Source: Lama guanicoe (lineage: Eukaryota). From it: a stretch of 64,000 bases of DNA. The notes beneath the pieces are model-generated. The model was given only the letters and a program-made list of their open reading frames with translations. It searched no databases and was not told the DNA's origin. Shown in pieces: positions 63,815 to 64,000 of the stretch. The stretch is from contig MU056270.1 in the NCBI GenBank assembly GCA_013239625.1, positions 496,001 through 560,000 of the forward strand, given 5' to 3'. Every line of letters starts with the position of its first letter. The first letter of the stretch is position 1. A program made the translations under genes and the position numbers.

Positions 63815-64000
63815 TCCAGCCTCTGAGGATGGAAAGTTTTCGTCTCCCCCAGGAGCTGCAGACCCTGGACCACAGGCGCCGGGCAGTTTTCTCCTGATGT
63901 CCGCACCCAGCACGGTGCCGGGGCGAGGATGAAGCGTCGTTTACAGAAGGTGGCCGTGGGGCAAGGAGCCTGCGAGCGACTGCGGCTTTTCAGAGAGGAG

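Noticed and set aside
836-63932. Hundreds of 60-300 aa ORFs in the supplied track
   Set aside because: Pro/Gly/Arg/Ala-rich, overlapping on both strands, often starting at non-ATG codons, with no recognisable domains. This is expected from stop-codon scarcity in GC-rich mammalian DNA.

Overview
Mammalian genomic DNA, very GC- and CpG-rich, most likely from a camelid (camel/alpaca type). The evidence is three copies of a tRNA-derived SINE matching the camelid vic-1-like pattern, plus cetartiodactyl-type L1 3' ends. It is a draft assembly with three N gaps. I cannot recognise any known protein-coding gene. The supplied ORF track is essentially noise from GC-rich sequence, simple repeats, gaps and decayed L1. 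What can be supported: many old interspersed repeats (L1, MIR, L2, MaLR/MLT1 LTRs, a Tigger2-type and a MER58-type DNA transposon); six CA/TG-type tandem arrays; a 30-bp minisatellite; a near-perfect ~141-bp tandem duplication; a CpG-island-like promoter at ~9.2-9.8 kb with a plausible minus-strand first and second exon; and several low-confidence splice-bounded exon candidates at 26-43 kb. Repeat family names come from my recollection of consensus sequences, not from a search, and boundaries are approximate. I found no convincing novel biological system. The best leads are the unidentified minus-strand transcript(s), the CTCF-like minisatellite and apparent GC-biased erosion of old repeats.
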